From contig OZ037765.1 of the NCBI GenBank assembly GCA_964035545.1, positions 33,293,504 to 33,357,503 of the forward strand: DNA of 64,000 nucleotides, given 5' to 3'. Under the pieces are notes generated by a model. The model saw nothing but the letters and a program-made list of their open reading frames with translations. It had not been told where the DNA came from and did no database searches. The stretch is from Bugula neritina (taxonomy: Eukaryota > Animalia > Bryozoa). Within the stretch, counting starts at the first letter, position 1; each line of letters begins with the position of its first letter. A program made the translations under genes and the position numbers. Of the stretch, positions 28,481 through 39,870 are shown one piece after another.

Positions 28481-31400
28481 TGATATGTTTTGTGTTGAGT
28501 TATGACGTTAAAAAATGTAAATGCTTTGGAATTTTGTGAAATGACATAATTTGAATTTAGATCTAATTTCCTCTGCTAAAAGCCTTTGAATCCTTGAATT
28601 AATGTATTTAACATAATTCTTTAGGCCGCAAGTAATAATTTGATATATGAATCTTATGTGTAACCATAATAGCTGTGCAACTCATAACATTGTCTTTCAA
28701 ACAGGAAACTGTTCCGAGTTCACCTGCACCGACTACAGTTGTTTTCTCTCCACTCAAGTATGTGACTCAGTGAGTGACTGTAAAGATGGGGAAGATGAGC
28801 TCCACTGCTGTAAGTTCAACTTATGAACTATGAGTCACTCAAAGACAGCAATAAATGCTCAGTACTACATTGCAAAGTGCAACTTTTTCTTCAACCATAA
28901 CAGAAAATTACCAATTGAATTACATCAGCCATTTTTTCCATTTCTTGCCAAAAGAAGGGAGCTACAAAAAAAATTAATATGAAACTATAATCAGGTTGCT
29001 GTGAACCATAGTTACGAGTAATTTTACCAAAATCTGTACAAAAGTTTGGTTTTTAAAATTTTTCCTTCTGATTTTGTCAGAAGAGTGGTTTATACCAAGT
29101 AAAACTACAGTCTTCAACATTTTCAAAGCAAGTAGTGTAATTATTTCTTATATTAATGGGTGCAGTAAACTATCACAGCTGTATGTTTATATAAAAACAT
29201 AATTATTTGGCTGTAAGCTTTTGGCCTTTAGGGCATTGAATATAGACTTAGGATTAACATTTCTGCAATGTAAACGCACTAGGAATGCAATTAACTGGAG
29301 TATTGAAGAGGTTGTAATAATCTAAGTTCCTTTGATGGCTAATGCCGAGTAATAGGTTGTTATTACTTATTGGTTAGGTTATTGCCTGCCCTGCCCTGGG
29401 CCCACTATCTTTGTATGAAGAACTTGAAGCTATATTTCACAGAAAGATAACTGCTCATGCTACAAATATTTCCTAAAATAAAAACTGATACATAAATTAA
29501 TACTGAGCAGATTGTTCTATCATATATCAGGACACACGTGTCTCTCTTTGTCACCATTTCCTAGTAGATTATCTAGCACGTGTTGAAAAGTTATTAACAA
29601 ATGCTAAAAATAGACACACAATCATTCCATTTTTAGATTATAAAATTAAGCATGTAATTTAAAATTCGACAATCCATTTTCACTGTAGGAAGGGAATGCT
29701 TTGCTATAAATATACATGGCACTGCTGTTGAATATGATTTCTTAATTAAGCATATGATTTTAGCAAGCTGGTCAATTTAAATAGAAACAAGCTTAAAAAG
29801 TCACAATGTTTTACTTAATGCTAACAATAACACAAATATTCAGCTAAGTGCTAGTAACAGGGGAGATAATATCGTTTAATTACAGTCCAGCAAGAAGCCA
29901 ACTTGATGGTAACAGTACAGGTAGCCTCAGCAACGTACAGTGTTTGCTATGATGGTTGGAGTGCTGCGTGGGGCTCCCAGCTATGCAGACAGTTGGGCTA
30001 TGACCGTGTACTCTCCACACGGATCCTGCCAACAGACGGGCTGCCAGGTCCTTGGGCTAAACTGAACTACTCTCAAGGCTACCAGAAGTTGTCGGAGTTG
30101 GAAATCGTCCCCTCATGCTCCAATGCCCTGGCTGTAGAATGTGAGGCTAAAGGTGTGTTACTTATATTCTGTATATAGATACATCTGACTTGGACAAGAA
30201 TAAATAATAATTTGAGTTTTTGTTTCAAGACAGAATCGCCAAATAAGTTGTGATGTTTAATGTCAGCCTGACACTGTTTTGAGATATTAAACAAGTCAAC
30301 TTTTTTGGACTAATCTTAAAATTTTGTAAACGAATGTGATTTGCTTCTGAAACAGCTTTTTAAAACGTTTCTGAAAATTATCATAAGTTGAGAAATTTTT
30401 GAGCTAAGCAGTTAAATATATGTTATATTCCAGGCTGTGGAGTCGGTAAGGGGGTCAGACAAGCCCCCTACCTTATCGGTGGGAACTTAGTCTCAGAGTC
30501 TACAGATTGGCCTTGGCTAATGCCCATATATTATTCCAGCAAATTAACAGGCACCGGCGTCCATATTGGAAATGGGTGGATCGTCACAGCCGCCCATCTT
30601 GTGCAAGCTCAGCTAATCAGAGATGGAGTTCGGTTCATTGAGAGGTGAGACACTATGCTGCACTGAGAGCATAAATAACTTACTCTGTGTGCTATAAATA
30701 GCTTACTCTGTGTGCTATAAATAGCTTACTCTGTGTGCTATAAATAGCTTACTCTGTATTCTATAAATATCTTACTCTGTATTCTATAAATAGCTTACTC
30801 TGTGTTCTATAAATAGGTTACTCTGTAATCTATAAATAGCTTACTCTGTATTCTATAGATAGGTTACTCTGTATTCTATAAATAACTTACTCTTGGTGCT
30901 ATAAACAGCTTATTCTGTATTCTATAAATAACTTACTCTGTATTCTATAAATAGCTTACTCTGTATTCTATAAATAACTTACTCTGTGTGCTACAAATAT
31001 CTTGCTTTGTAGAATATAAATTATATGATTAAACTTCGTAAGAAGAGAGATTTTCACGAATATAAACATGCATATCATGTAAAAAATACATTTTATGGAA
31101 ACCAGCATATACTAATTAATTTTTCTTTTATTAAAATATTCATATTGAACTTTTGCTGAGATTTCATTTTTATTAAAGGTATTTGGGAAGTAGTAGGAAA
31201 TAACCTAATTTATCTACATGCTGTTCGAATTTTCACTTTGACCTCTTTTCTAAAATGCCTGAACTGCTTTGAAGTAGAAATATGAACGGTTTTTTGTTTT
31301 TATACTTTGAATATGTATACCCTGCTAGAGGCAACTTAAACGCTCCCTGTAATACTTTGCTTATGCTGTGGCACATTGTTTAGGAGAGAAAACACGCCTC

Positions 31401-32391
31401 ACCTGTTTGAAGTAGAGCCAACCTCACTCATTCGTAATCAATCAGGAACACGACTTCCCGTCACCAAAGTCGTAGTACACCCGGAGTTCACACACTCACC
31501 GACGTTACGCAATGACGTTGCGCTGATGAAAGTAAACATGGATTCCAACTATCCGAGTATCTGTCTGAACCCAGGAAGTGTCAGCCACACGCTGTGCTAC
31601 GTGGCTGGGTGGGGGTCAGTTGATGGTCAAAGTAAGTCTAATATTTTAAGTTTCATACTGAATAATTTTCAAATTTCATCTGACAAGTAGAAATTTACAT
31701 TATAGTTTTGTCTATATGTCTAATTTTAATCATTGTGCATTTATTGTTCTTATAATATGCATACTGTTTATGATTTGAGTTTGGTAGCCAAGGATGCTGC
31801 GAATTAGACATTGAAGTACATTGATAGAAAATATTTTAAAACCAACAACATTGACAATAGCTCAAGATAAACTTCCCAAGGCAATGTATCACCACGCACT
31901 ACGCAATGTTGTATCCCTAATGTTTTCAGACATTGCTGTTGACCAGCTCAGAGATACCAGGGTGGATGTCCTTCCTGACCTAGACTGTCTCAGAGCTTGG
32001 AATTCTGGGGGTTTCACGGTGTTCTACGCCAGTACAATGATGTGTGGGGGCGGTGAGAACCTTCCCTCTACTTGTTTTGTAAGTATAGTAGAACTGCAAA
32101 CATCACTAGTTGTATCTCTTAACATGTGAATCTATTTTATCTATAACTCGTTTACAGTTGAATGGATTTCAATTCTCGAAGTTATGTTTTGTTGAACTTG
32201 TGTTGAATTTGCACACGCAGGGTGACAGCGGAGGTCCACTGATGTGTCTGAACGCTGACACAAATACGTGGAACCTGCGGGGAGTCGTCAGCTTTGGTGA
32301 CACGAACTGTTTGAGACAAGAGAAGCCAAACGTTTTCACCGAACTAACTTCGTATTATTCCGATTGGATAGAAGAAATTACATCTGGCTGA
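5929..32391 (+). CDS. Type II transmembrane mosaic serine protease (enteropeptidase/MALRD-like): TM-mucin-SEA-L-MAM-L-MAM-L-L-SRCR-protease1-(L-MAM)x4-L x10-SRCR-protease2; ~2,700 aa, 44 exons
   Basis: Approximate phase-compatible exons: 5929-5970, 7106-7604, 7947-8000, 8714-8875, 9389-9507, 10276-10346, 10933-11069, 11232-11510, 12298-12479, 12673-12859, 13149-13265, 13412-13567, 14338-14504, 14637-14829, 14931-15050, 15249-15368, 15490-15616, 15786-15924, 16202-16392, 16521-16906, 17343-17534, 17823-18889, 19918-20182, 20348-20704, 20898-21008, 21293-21460, 21943-22058, 22308-22500, 22666-22773, 23186-23299, 23780-23893, 24075-24194, 24653-24688, 26503-26616, 26984-27097, 27323-27430, 27744-27868, 28160-28259, 28705-28809, 29886-30153, 30434-30644, 31384-31631, 31930-32078, 32221-32391. 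Motifs: hydrophobic anchor [24 protein letters not shown], LDLa CDGxxDCxDxSDE, MAM CDFE/GPxxDHT/CLxFYY/IAIDD, and TAAH, D and GDSGGP twice. Confidence 0.85.
7106..7604 (+). CDS. Protease gene exon: cytoplasmic tail and signal-anchor transmembrane helix
   Basis: ORF 7088-7621: polar N-terminal tail, basic cluster KIKKK, then ~24 hydrophobic residues (type II topology); tacag| acceptor and |gtatgc donor. Confidence 0.88.
9389..11069 (+). CDS. Protease gene: SEA domain (3 exons)
   Basis: [48 protein letters not shown] fits the SEA pattern, including the G|S(I/V)xV autoproteolysis motif. Confidence 0.8.
16202..17534 (+). CDS. Protease gene: first S1A serine protease domain (3 exons)
   Basis: [60 protein letters not shown]. 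Confidence 0.95.
17823..18889 (+). CDS. Protease gene: large exon encoding LDLa-MAM-LDLa-MAM
   Basis: ORF 17801-18928: [62 protein letters not shown]. Confidence 0.93.
22205..22307. repeat. 17-bp tandem repeat (ACATGTCACATGCTTGT), ~6 copies, abutting a splice acceptor
   Basis: Visible array; the final unit ends cttgcag|GTG. Confidence 0.9.
22666..28809 (+). CDS. Protease gene: cluster of ten LDL-receptor class A repeats, mostly one per phase-1 exon
   Basis: Successive ~105-125-nt exons, e.g. [35 protein letters not shown] and [35 protein letters not shown]. Confidence 0.88.
23316..23685. repeat. 23-bp minisatellite (TTACTATATCAATGAGTCATCTC), ~16 copies
   Basis: Near-perfect array starting just after the donor at 23300. 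Confidence 0.95.
24210..24580. repeat. 12-bp minisatellite (ACTGGTACTCT[A/T]), ~30 copies, intronic
   Basis: Visible array just downstream of the donor at 24195. Confidence 0.92.
24740..24930. repeat. 16-18-bp tandem repeat (CTGACACCTC(AT)CTCT[A/G]), intronic
   Basis: About 10 imperfect copies of CTGACACCT with short spacers. Confidence 0.85.
25748..25835. mobile_element. 88-bp miniature inverted-repeat element flanked by TA (possible Tc1/mariner-type MITE)
   Basis: ta|GGTGTAGTAATGGAGAAAT ... ATTTTTCCATTACTGCACC|ta: ~19-bp imperfect TIRs with TA on both sides. Confidence 0.5.
28396..28476. repeat. (TA)n microsatellite
   Basis: Pure dinucleotide run. Confidence 0.97.
30434..32391 (+). CDS. 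Protease gene: second (C-terminal) S1A serine protease domain (4 exons)
   Basis: [37 protein letters not shown]|[20 protein letters not shown]; TGA stop at 32389-32391. Confidence 0.93.
30672..31000. repeat. 23-bp minisatellite (CTATAAATAGCTTACTCTGT[G/A]T[G/T]), ~14 copies
   Basis: Visible array starting ~30 nt after the donor at 30645. Confidence 0.93.
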
Positions 32392-33024
32392 GCATTTTCT
32401 CTCTACATTACTTGTTTCTACTTAACCACATTTACGCAATCTTTTGCTTGTTGCTACATATCAACCAGTGCTCAAAATACGTCGCGGGCAGATATTAGCT
32501 TGTATCAACTTACCATTATAGAGGTGTTTCAGTTATATACCAGCAAAACTGATTAACATGTGGAGAAAACTTCACTATACTATTAACTCTAGGTGTCAAC
32601 AGGTCTAGGTGTCAACAGGTCTACAGAAAGACTTTTTCAAATAAGAAAGTCAAATTTTTGATCTCAACCGATTTTTCATGATTATAAATCTTAGTCCATC
32701 CATTTATATCATTATGCTCTGAAAAATATTTGCTAGCTAATGTGTGAGATATTATATAAGCTGGCTTTATTCGAAATCAAGTAATATATTTTTATTATAT
32801 ATTTTTTTACTTATAAGAATGTTCATAGTTGCAAAAATTCTGTCACACATTATTTTGTTGTATGCAAACACATTCCATCACAAAAGAATCTTCTACCTCT
32901 TCATTCCCCCCCCCCCCCCATTAATAGGAATACATATTTAACTGCATGTCATATATAATAGCTAAAGGTAATTTCTATTAACATTTGTACTATTTATTGC
33001 ACTTTTTTACTCAAAGCTGTGTTC

Positions 33025-33030
33025 AATAAA
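33025..33030 (+). terminator. Candidate polyadenylation signal of the protease gene
   Basis: AATAAA ~630 nt downstream of the stop codon. Confidence 0.45.
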
Positions 33031-33975
33031 AATTTACATGTATCAACAAAAATAAGAGCATATGTTTTGACATAATATTATAAAGTAGAATATGCAGTTT
33101 AATGCAACTGGAAGATAAGAGCCTTATATCCTACCCACGAGAGAACAACTTCCTATACAATTCATAAAGCACAACCATAGCAAAATATGAAAAAAAATGG
33201 TATCTAAACCAGCAAAAGCTAAGAAAAAGGAGTTGCTGTGTGCAGTGTTTAGTGACCGAAAGAAATAGAGTAAACAATGTATTATCATTGAACCAATTTA
33301 TTGTTGATTTCAGATGAAAGGAACCAAAATTGTCAGATGCTAGTGAAAGCACTTTAGAAGAAGCTGCAACCTTGCATTAAGAAAAAGTATTGCTTTATAT
33401 TGATTCTACTACTTGGTTGCCACGGAAACCGATATTCCATGTTCTCACATTCTTCATATAATGGAATGGAACGAATGACATAAATTATGTCAACAAAATA
33501 CAATTAAGAATAGTGCACCAGAAAGATTGCACTTGACCAACCAAAGGTTGAACTAGTATAAGAATATTTAAAAAGTTCAACAGTGTTAAATCGATATTCT
33601 AAATAAGTTAGATTCACACATAGATTAGAAAAGGCTAGGTTAGGACTTCATACACAATGATCAAATAACTTCCAATTTGTCAGTCGGGATGGCAAAAAAT
33701 TGCTGAGCAAGTATCGTTTAACAACAAGCATAAGTGTACTATATAATGATTAAACTGTATACGAATATATATATAATTTAAACAGGTAACAAAGGCAATA
33801 TCTTCTGCCTAAAAAAGAACAAAAAAAACGTAACAGGAAGATTGAATATACTAATCTAACTAAAGTCCTTTTCCAAAATATATGTAACCGGTTGACTGAA
33901 GGATAATTCGATTATCTCCTGATATATGCTGGATGAGAGTGTGTGTGTTACTCTACAGTGTCTACTCTACGAGGT

Positions 33976-36900
33976 CTAGTCTACGAGGTCACTGTATCGG
34001 AACACTTTCCTTGACTTATCTACAAAATAAAAGTGAGTACATCAGAAAGGACATCAAATTATGGGAATTTATGTCACAGCTATTGAGACACATTTAGCAG
34101 TGCTACAGCAGTTAAGGGTTACTGGCAGTGAAACTAGCAGTGAGTTACTGACTACTCACAGTGAAACTTCAGTCATAGTGCAACTGACACTAAAATGACT
34201 TAACCAAAGAGTGAACCTCAATCTATATTAATAAGGCATATTTCAACCAAATACTTAAAAAATACGGCAAGTCATACAGACACCCACCTTGTTTGCACTT
34301 TTCCCACTCTGCCGTTGCCTTTGACCATTCTACAAACAGCACAATATAATATGATAGTAAAAAGATAACTGCGTTTGGAGTTATGTTCTTTAATACAGTG
34401 CTGAGAGATTAGTGCTTCAAATTCATACTATGTGGTACTTGAGAAAGCTCTAATGATAGCAGCATAGTTTATTGCAGTAATGTAGTACACAGGCACTGGA
34501 CTGAAAGTTTATCTTCAATACACTGCTAGTAACTCCACTGATAAAATGCTCTGAATATTATGCAATATTATTACACAGAGCCAGCAGCGTTCAGATGCCT
34601 CTGAATACAGGGAAATTTACCTGCTGGAAATACTAGGCATGTAGCAGTGAAAGAGAATAGCCTAATTAGCTAACTATTATAGATGTATTAGTAGAGAGAG
34701 AGTTATACTAAAGAATGCTGATAAACACTTCCAGATATTGTAGAGACAACTTCCAACTATAAGAGAAAGAACTGTCTCTGTTGGCTTCTACTATGAACCA
34801 AGTGGTTATCCAGTGTCAGCATACATGACACCTGCTAGTGATGTCAACATACATGACAGTTGCTAGCAGGTGTCAGCATACTTGACACTTGCCGGTGATG
34901 TCAGCATACATGACACCTGCTAGCGGGTGTCGGCACACATAATAACCAATAGAAACACTACAACACACTAACAGCAAATAGAATACTGCCTACCTTTATA
35001 CATGGACTTCAAATGCTGGACATTTTTCTGTTGAGGAGGCGTGTCTGCTTGTGGAGAGGATGTGGCGGCAGAAGCCAACAGCTCCTGTAGGATATCCCGG
35101 GGATAAGATAGTGACGCTGTACTGACAGGGATATTAGCACTGCTAGGGGTCTTAGAGTCACACAGCTTAGCTGGTTCACCCCTGAGTTCAAGAGGTGGAT
35201 AGTCAAAGCCAAACGATATCTTGCCCAGCAGAGGTCTATCCTTTGTTTCCTTTAGACTCGTGTCAAACACGATGACATTTTTACTGGAAGGTTTTTTTGG
35301 CGGAAGACCATTGGCTACTCTCGTAGGATTAGAACCTTTTGACTGGCCAGAAGACTTGAAGAGGTTTTGCTCATCGCTGACGCTGTTTGACAGGATATGC
35401 TGGATGTGCTGATGACTAGTGCGGTCTGCTCCGGTAAATACAGTCCCAAACTCAATACCGATGGGAGAGGAGAAGCTGGCATCTAGTGGGAGTGTCTTAT
35501 TAACAGCACTACTATCAGAAGGCGAGTAATCGCTAGAGTTGGTTGAGTCCTTATCAGCCATATCTTTGACATCAGAAGGAGGAGATAAGGGGACGTTCTG
35601 CTTGCAGCCATTCACTATCTTAGCCCACGAATTACCAGCCGCAGGTGGAAGGTTTTTCTCTCCTTCGGGCACAGAAGAATCTTCCTCACCCTGCAGGTTT
35701 TTTCTACTAGTAGCTGTAGACTGAGCGTCAAGAACAGGAAACGAATTAAGACTGAGATCCACCTGGTGGTTATCCAGTACAGAGATGACGGCAGTCTTTG
35801 ATTTTGCCAAATTTCCATCAGACATTTTTACGAAGCCATTTCGGCGCTGAGTAACTTTACTTCCTACGGCTTTCGGTTCAACGTTTCGATATTGAGAATT
35901 ATTTGCTTTTTCAACGTGACCTTTGTTGACCTTTCTCCTGCGCTGGACCTCCTTGAAACCCCCGTCTGAGTTATTCGAGTCCTGCTCAGAGCTCCCATTG
36001 AGGACGTGGAACTCGTTCTGTAGCTGCCAGCTCTGTTCAGAGTTCACAGGCAGCTGCTTTCTACTCGGGGCAGCGTGCGACTCAGACTCTTTGCTGCCAG
36101 TTTCGTCATCGCTGGCTGTTGGGTGAGTGCCGTTCACCAAGGCAGCAGTACCTCCATTTCTCTCTGCCTTATGCTGCCCAGACGTCTTCTTGCTCAGCTT
36201 CTTCTTGTGGCTGTGCTGTGTGCCGGAGGACGAAGTATCTTCACCCACAAAGTCCAGAAGTTTGTTCATCTCCTCTATGTTCACGTGGCCCTCCATGCAG
36301 TCCGACTTGGTCCAGCCGGCCGCTTTCCGCTCTCTCTTCTTCTGCTGCTTGAGCTTCAAGTTGAGGTGCTGAGGCTACAACAGGACATGACTAGCTGTTG
36401 ACAAACAGCAGTACAACTGCAGTGCAGGACTTGTTACAGCGAGTGTAGAGTGAGAAATGAGTATTTATAGCTCTTATCAGACTAGCTATTGCACATACCA
36501 ATCAGCCAATACCTAGCTAGGGCCTAGAGAGGGAGTGTGATGTACATGTTTATAGGAGATAAGGTGGGGATATGTTACAGTATACATCACAACTAATAAT
36601 ACATCTACAATAATAATGGGCACTTTGTTTCATTACTGGCTATTAGACAAATCAGTTTGATCTGTGTAGTTTGTATTACCTAAGCTAATATGCATAAGTA
36701 GTTAGTAGTTAGTAGTAGTAGTAGTAGTAGTAGTTAGTATTTAATAGTAGTAGTTAGTATTTAATAGTAGTAGTAGTTAGCAGTAGTAGTAGTAGTAGAG
36801 AGTTAGTAGTAGTAGTAGCAGTGGAAAGTTGGTAGTTAATGGTAGTAGTAACTCTAGTAGGACTACTATCAGTACTACTAGTGGTGGTAGTAAAGAATAT

Positions 36901-39182
36901 AAGAAGTACGTTGCACCAACCCACCTTTATCACACCATTCTTCTGGCCAACTGGAATCTCGTATGACTTGGCTAAAAAGTAAAGGATAACTCACTAAGAA
37001 TATAGTAACAGTATACAGCCATTACAAGTTGTTCCCTGCCCTAGTCTATTGCTTAGTTTAACCATAATATTGAGTAAACAGTGTCATCGGACTTTCTCAG
37101 TCTCATTCAGGGGAAAACTCTCAAATTAGCACAGTGCTGGCTGTTACTGAATCTCAACTCTAGGAGTTACAGTAGCATACAGAAAAGGGCGGGCAACTCA
37201 GCAGCCAGAAAAGCCTAGTAAAAGAAATATTAATAGTAAATGTTACATTGCCTATTATGTAGTACTATAATGGGAAAGATAACTTAAGAAAGAGTACCAT
37301 CATATTTCAGTAAGAATTGTACTAGTGGTAGAAGCATATTGCACACAGGACAACAGGACCAGTAAGCAAGCATTAAGATAGTAGCAACAATGTAATTACA
37401 TGATGGAAAGGCCACCATCTTACAACTCTAAAAGAAATTGTTATATGTAACCAATATGGCTGCTGAACTTTTTCATCATGTAATAGAGTTTTAGCCCATA
37501 ACAATGTTTTTACATAAATATTTCTATTATTCTCCAAATATTATTTCTTTCCGTTCTTTAATATTCAAGTCTTATTGATAAATGCTCATATATATGCAAT
37601 ATGTTTGTTTTGTTCAACATAAGTGCCAATGCTTACCCTGTATACTGTAATAGTAATGGTTCTATATAGTTTAATTTACTAACTCATACTAGTTACAGTT
37701 CTCAGTTCAACTTACAGCGAAGTTTCTTAAGCTGAATTCATAGCAGAGAGTGATTTTTATAAATTATTATCTTCTGTGAAATGAAAATTATACAAAACCA
37801 AACGCTAATCAATAGATTTTCAAGTTTAAACAGTAGTGCTTCCTAATATAAACTCCTAAACTCTTAAAATAGCAGAACCTACATTCTACTGACTCTATAT
37901 TAGGATGTAGAACATAGAAATCAAATTTAAATTATTTTTAAGCTGCAATTTTAAAAGCAAAGATATTTTACGATAAATTTTAAAATGATTTTATTTTTAC
38001 AAGTTGTGTAGATGACAACTCCCAAATAAACTCTAAAACTCTGTTGCCCTGTACAGATGCTGGAGTTGTATCACTATTATCTTAAATACCTTCTCCCAGA
38101 ATCACCTGCTTGATGCAAGACACTTAATTCAAGTGTACAAACTATCTATCAATATGCACTACACACTGATTCTGTGTGATATGATTATAGTCCAGAGAGA
38201 GAGGCGGTATTGAATTTTATAGATCTACTATGAAGTTAGGTTATTGACATCAGCTGATTGATTTAGTCAACATGGAGACAGCCCACAGGTAAAGATACAC
38301 CTCATTGTACTATGGGTTATTACCTGCATGGCAGGTGTGGGCAATCATTTAGCCTTTTACAAGCAAGAAAAGTTACTTGCCTATCTCTAAGCCCAGGTGT
38401 TGGTAAAAAGTAAGTAAAGTTGTGAAGGACAGAAATGACAGAGTGCTTACAGTGGCAAATGAAGTCGTGAATACTAATGATTAAATTTTTATGAATGAAA
38501 TGGACTGAATTTTGTCACAAGATACAATATAATCTAAGATGTGTATTTCTATTGAGTAGAACGCTTGGTTTGCTGGATACGTCTGCAGTGTTTAGAACAC
38601 AGGCTGAAACACTGCTAAGCTCAATTGAATAAAACAGAAGTATTTTCTTCTGCATTACAGGAAATGAAGTAACAGGACTGAATACTTGTACAATGCTTTC
38701 TCATTGGCTCACACTTCTGCAATGCTTTCTCATTGGCTTTTTTCTTATTGGCTCACACTTACTCACAGCAACAATTATACTAATACTCACAATTACTCAA
38801 ATGAACATATACTGGAATCCACATTTGATTGAAGTTACGAGATCTAATTCAGTATGAACTTACGTGGTACTTTAATTATTGAAGACGGGGTGAGCGTGAT
38901 TGTAGTCGGGGCTTCAGACCGCCCATTCAACTTGGCATTGTTAGCAGACTTCTGATTGGCTGAGTTGCTCTCAGCTGGAATAAAGTAGTCAATGGCTGCT
39001 GCTTCATGATTACTCTCCTTGTCCTTCGCTACGGGCAGCTCAGACTGGGTGGAGGGGAGTTGTCCCACGCCATTAACCTTGACGTAATGCAGTTGTTCGA
39101 GTGGGCGGGACCTCGTGTATGGCAATTGGTCCGCCTCATTCTCACCAATGTTGTGATCCTCGTCTTCATCTGAGTGAGTCAT
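33976..39182 (-). CDS. Uncharacterised, largely disordered Ser/Lys/Asn-rich protein, ~610 aa
   Basis: Phase-compatible exons 39182-38864, 36971-36925, 36374-34994, 34329-34288, 34019-33976; includes the 463-aa ORF; ends EWSKATAEWEKCKQDKSRKVFRYSDLVD*. Probable non-coding first exon with a donor near 42295. Family not recognised. Confidence 0.75.
36700..36890. repeat. Degenerate (TAG)n microsatellite
   Basis: Visible agtagtagt runs in an intron. Confidence 0.85.
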
Positions 39183-39870
39183 AGTTACGTTTAAGGTGAC
39201 TCACACCTAGCAACACCTGAAGGGTTATAGACACATGGTTATATGTGTAATATTGCTTCTACCTACTCCACAGTAGACACGTTATTTCAACATAGCGACA
39301 CATTTACTTGCTGCAAAAGCATTATGTTTGTTATTAAAATCAACTAGAAGTATGACCATTTATATTGACAGGAAAGACTGACCGCCTGTCCACACTGAGA
39401 TATCTCCATGAAAAATGAGGCTGTTGAAATCTTAATGCACAAATTTCACTGTTTTCCACAAACATGTTTCATTGGTTTTTCATTTCATGACACAAATTGA
39501 TACTATTTTTTGCCCTATCGGTTAACAAGGATATAACTATTTAATATTCTATTTATTTATATACTGGTATAGTAGACATTCACAATGACAATCAACAAAT
39601 CATTTTAAAATTCTCTCAATTGAGAACTTTTACCTTATTTATTTTGATATTAATACTAATACTATTACTACAACTACGGGATTTTTATTTACATCACTGA
39701 TGGAAAAATCTACTTTTAGTTTTCTTCATTTATAATTGAATATTATATGCTATTAAATATTAGTTATTACTATTAGTAGTACTATTACTATTAGTATAAC
39801 TATAATTATTAAATATTACATAATACTAAATTTCCAAAAAATATCACATAATATTAACTATTACTATAAT

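Noticed and set aside
5929-32391. Naming the protease TMPRSS15 (enteropeptidase), corin or nudel
   Set aside because: No CUB or frizzled domains seen, two active protease domains and six MAM domains; orthology cannot be established without a phylogeny.
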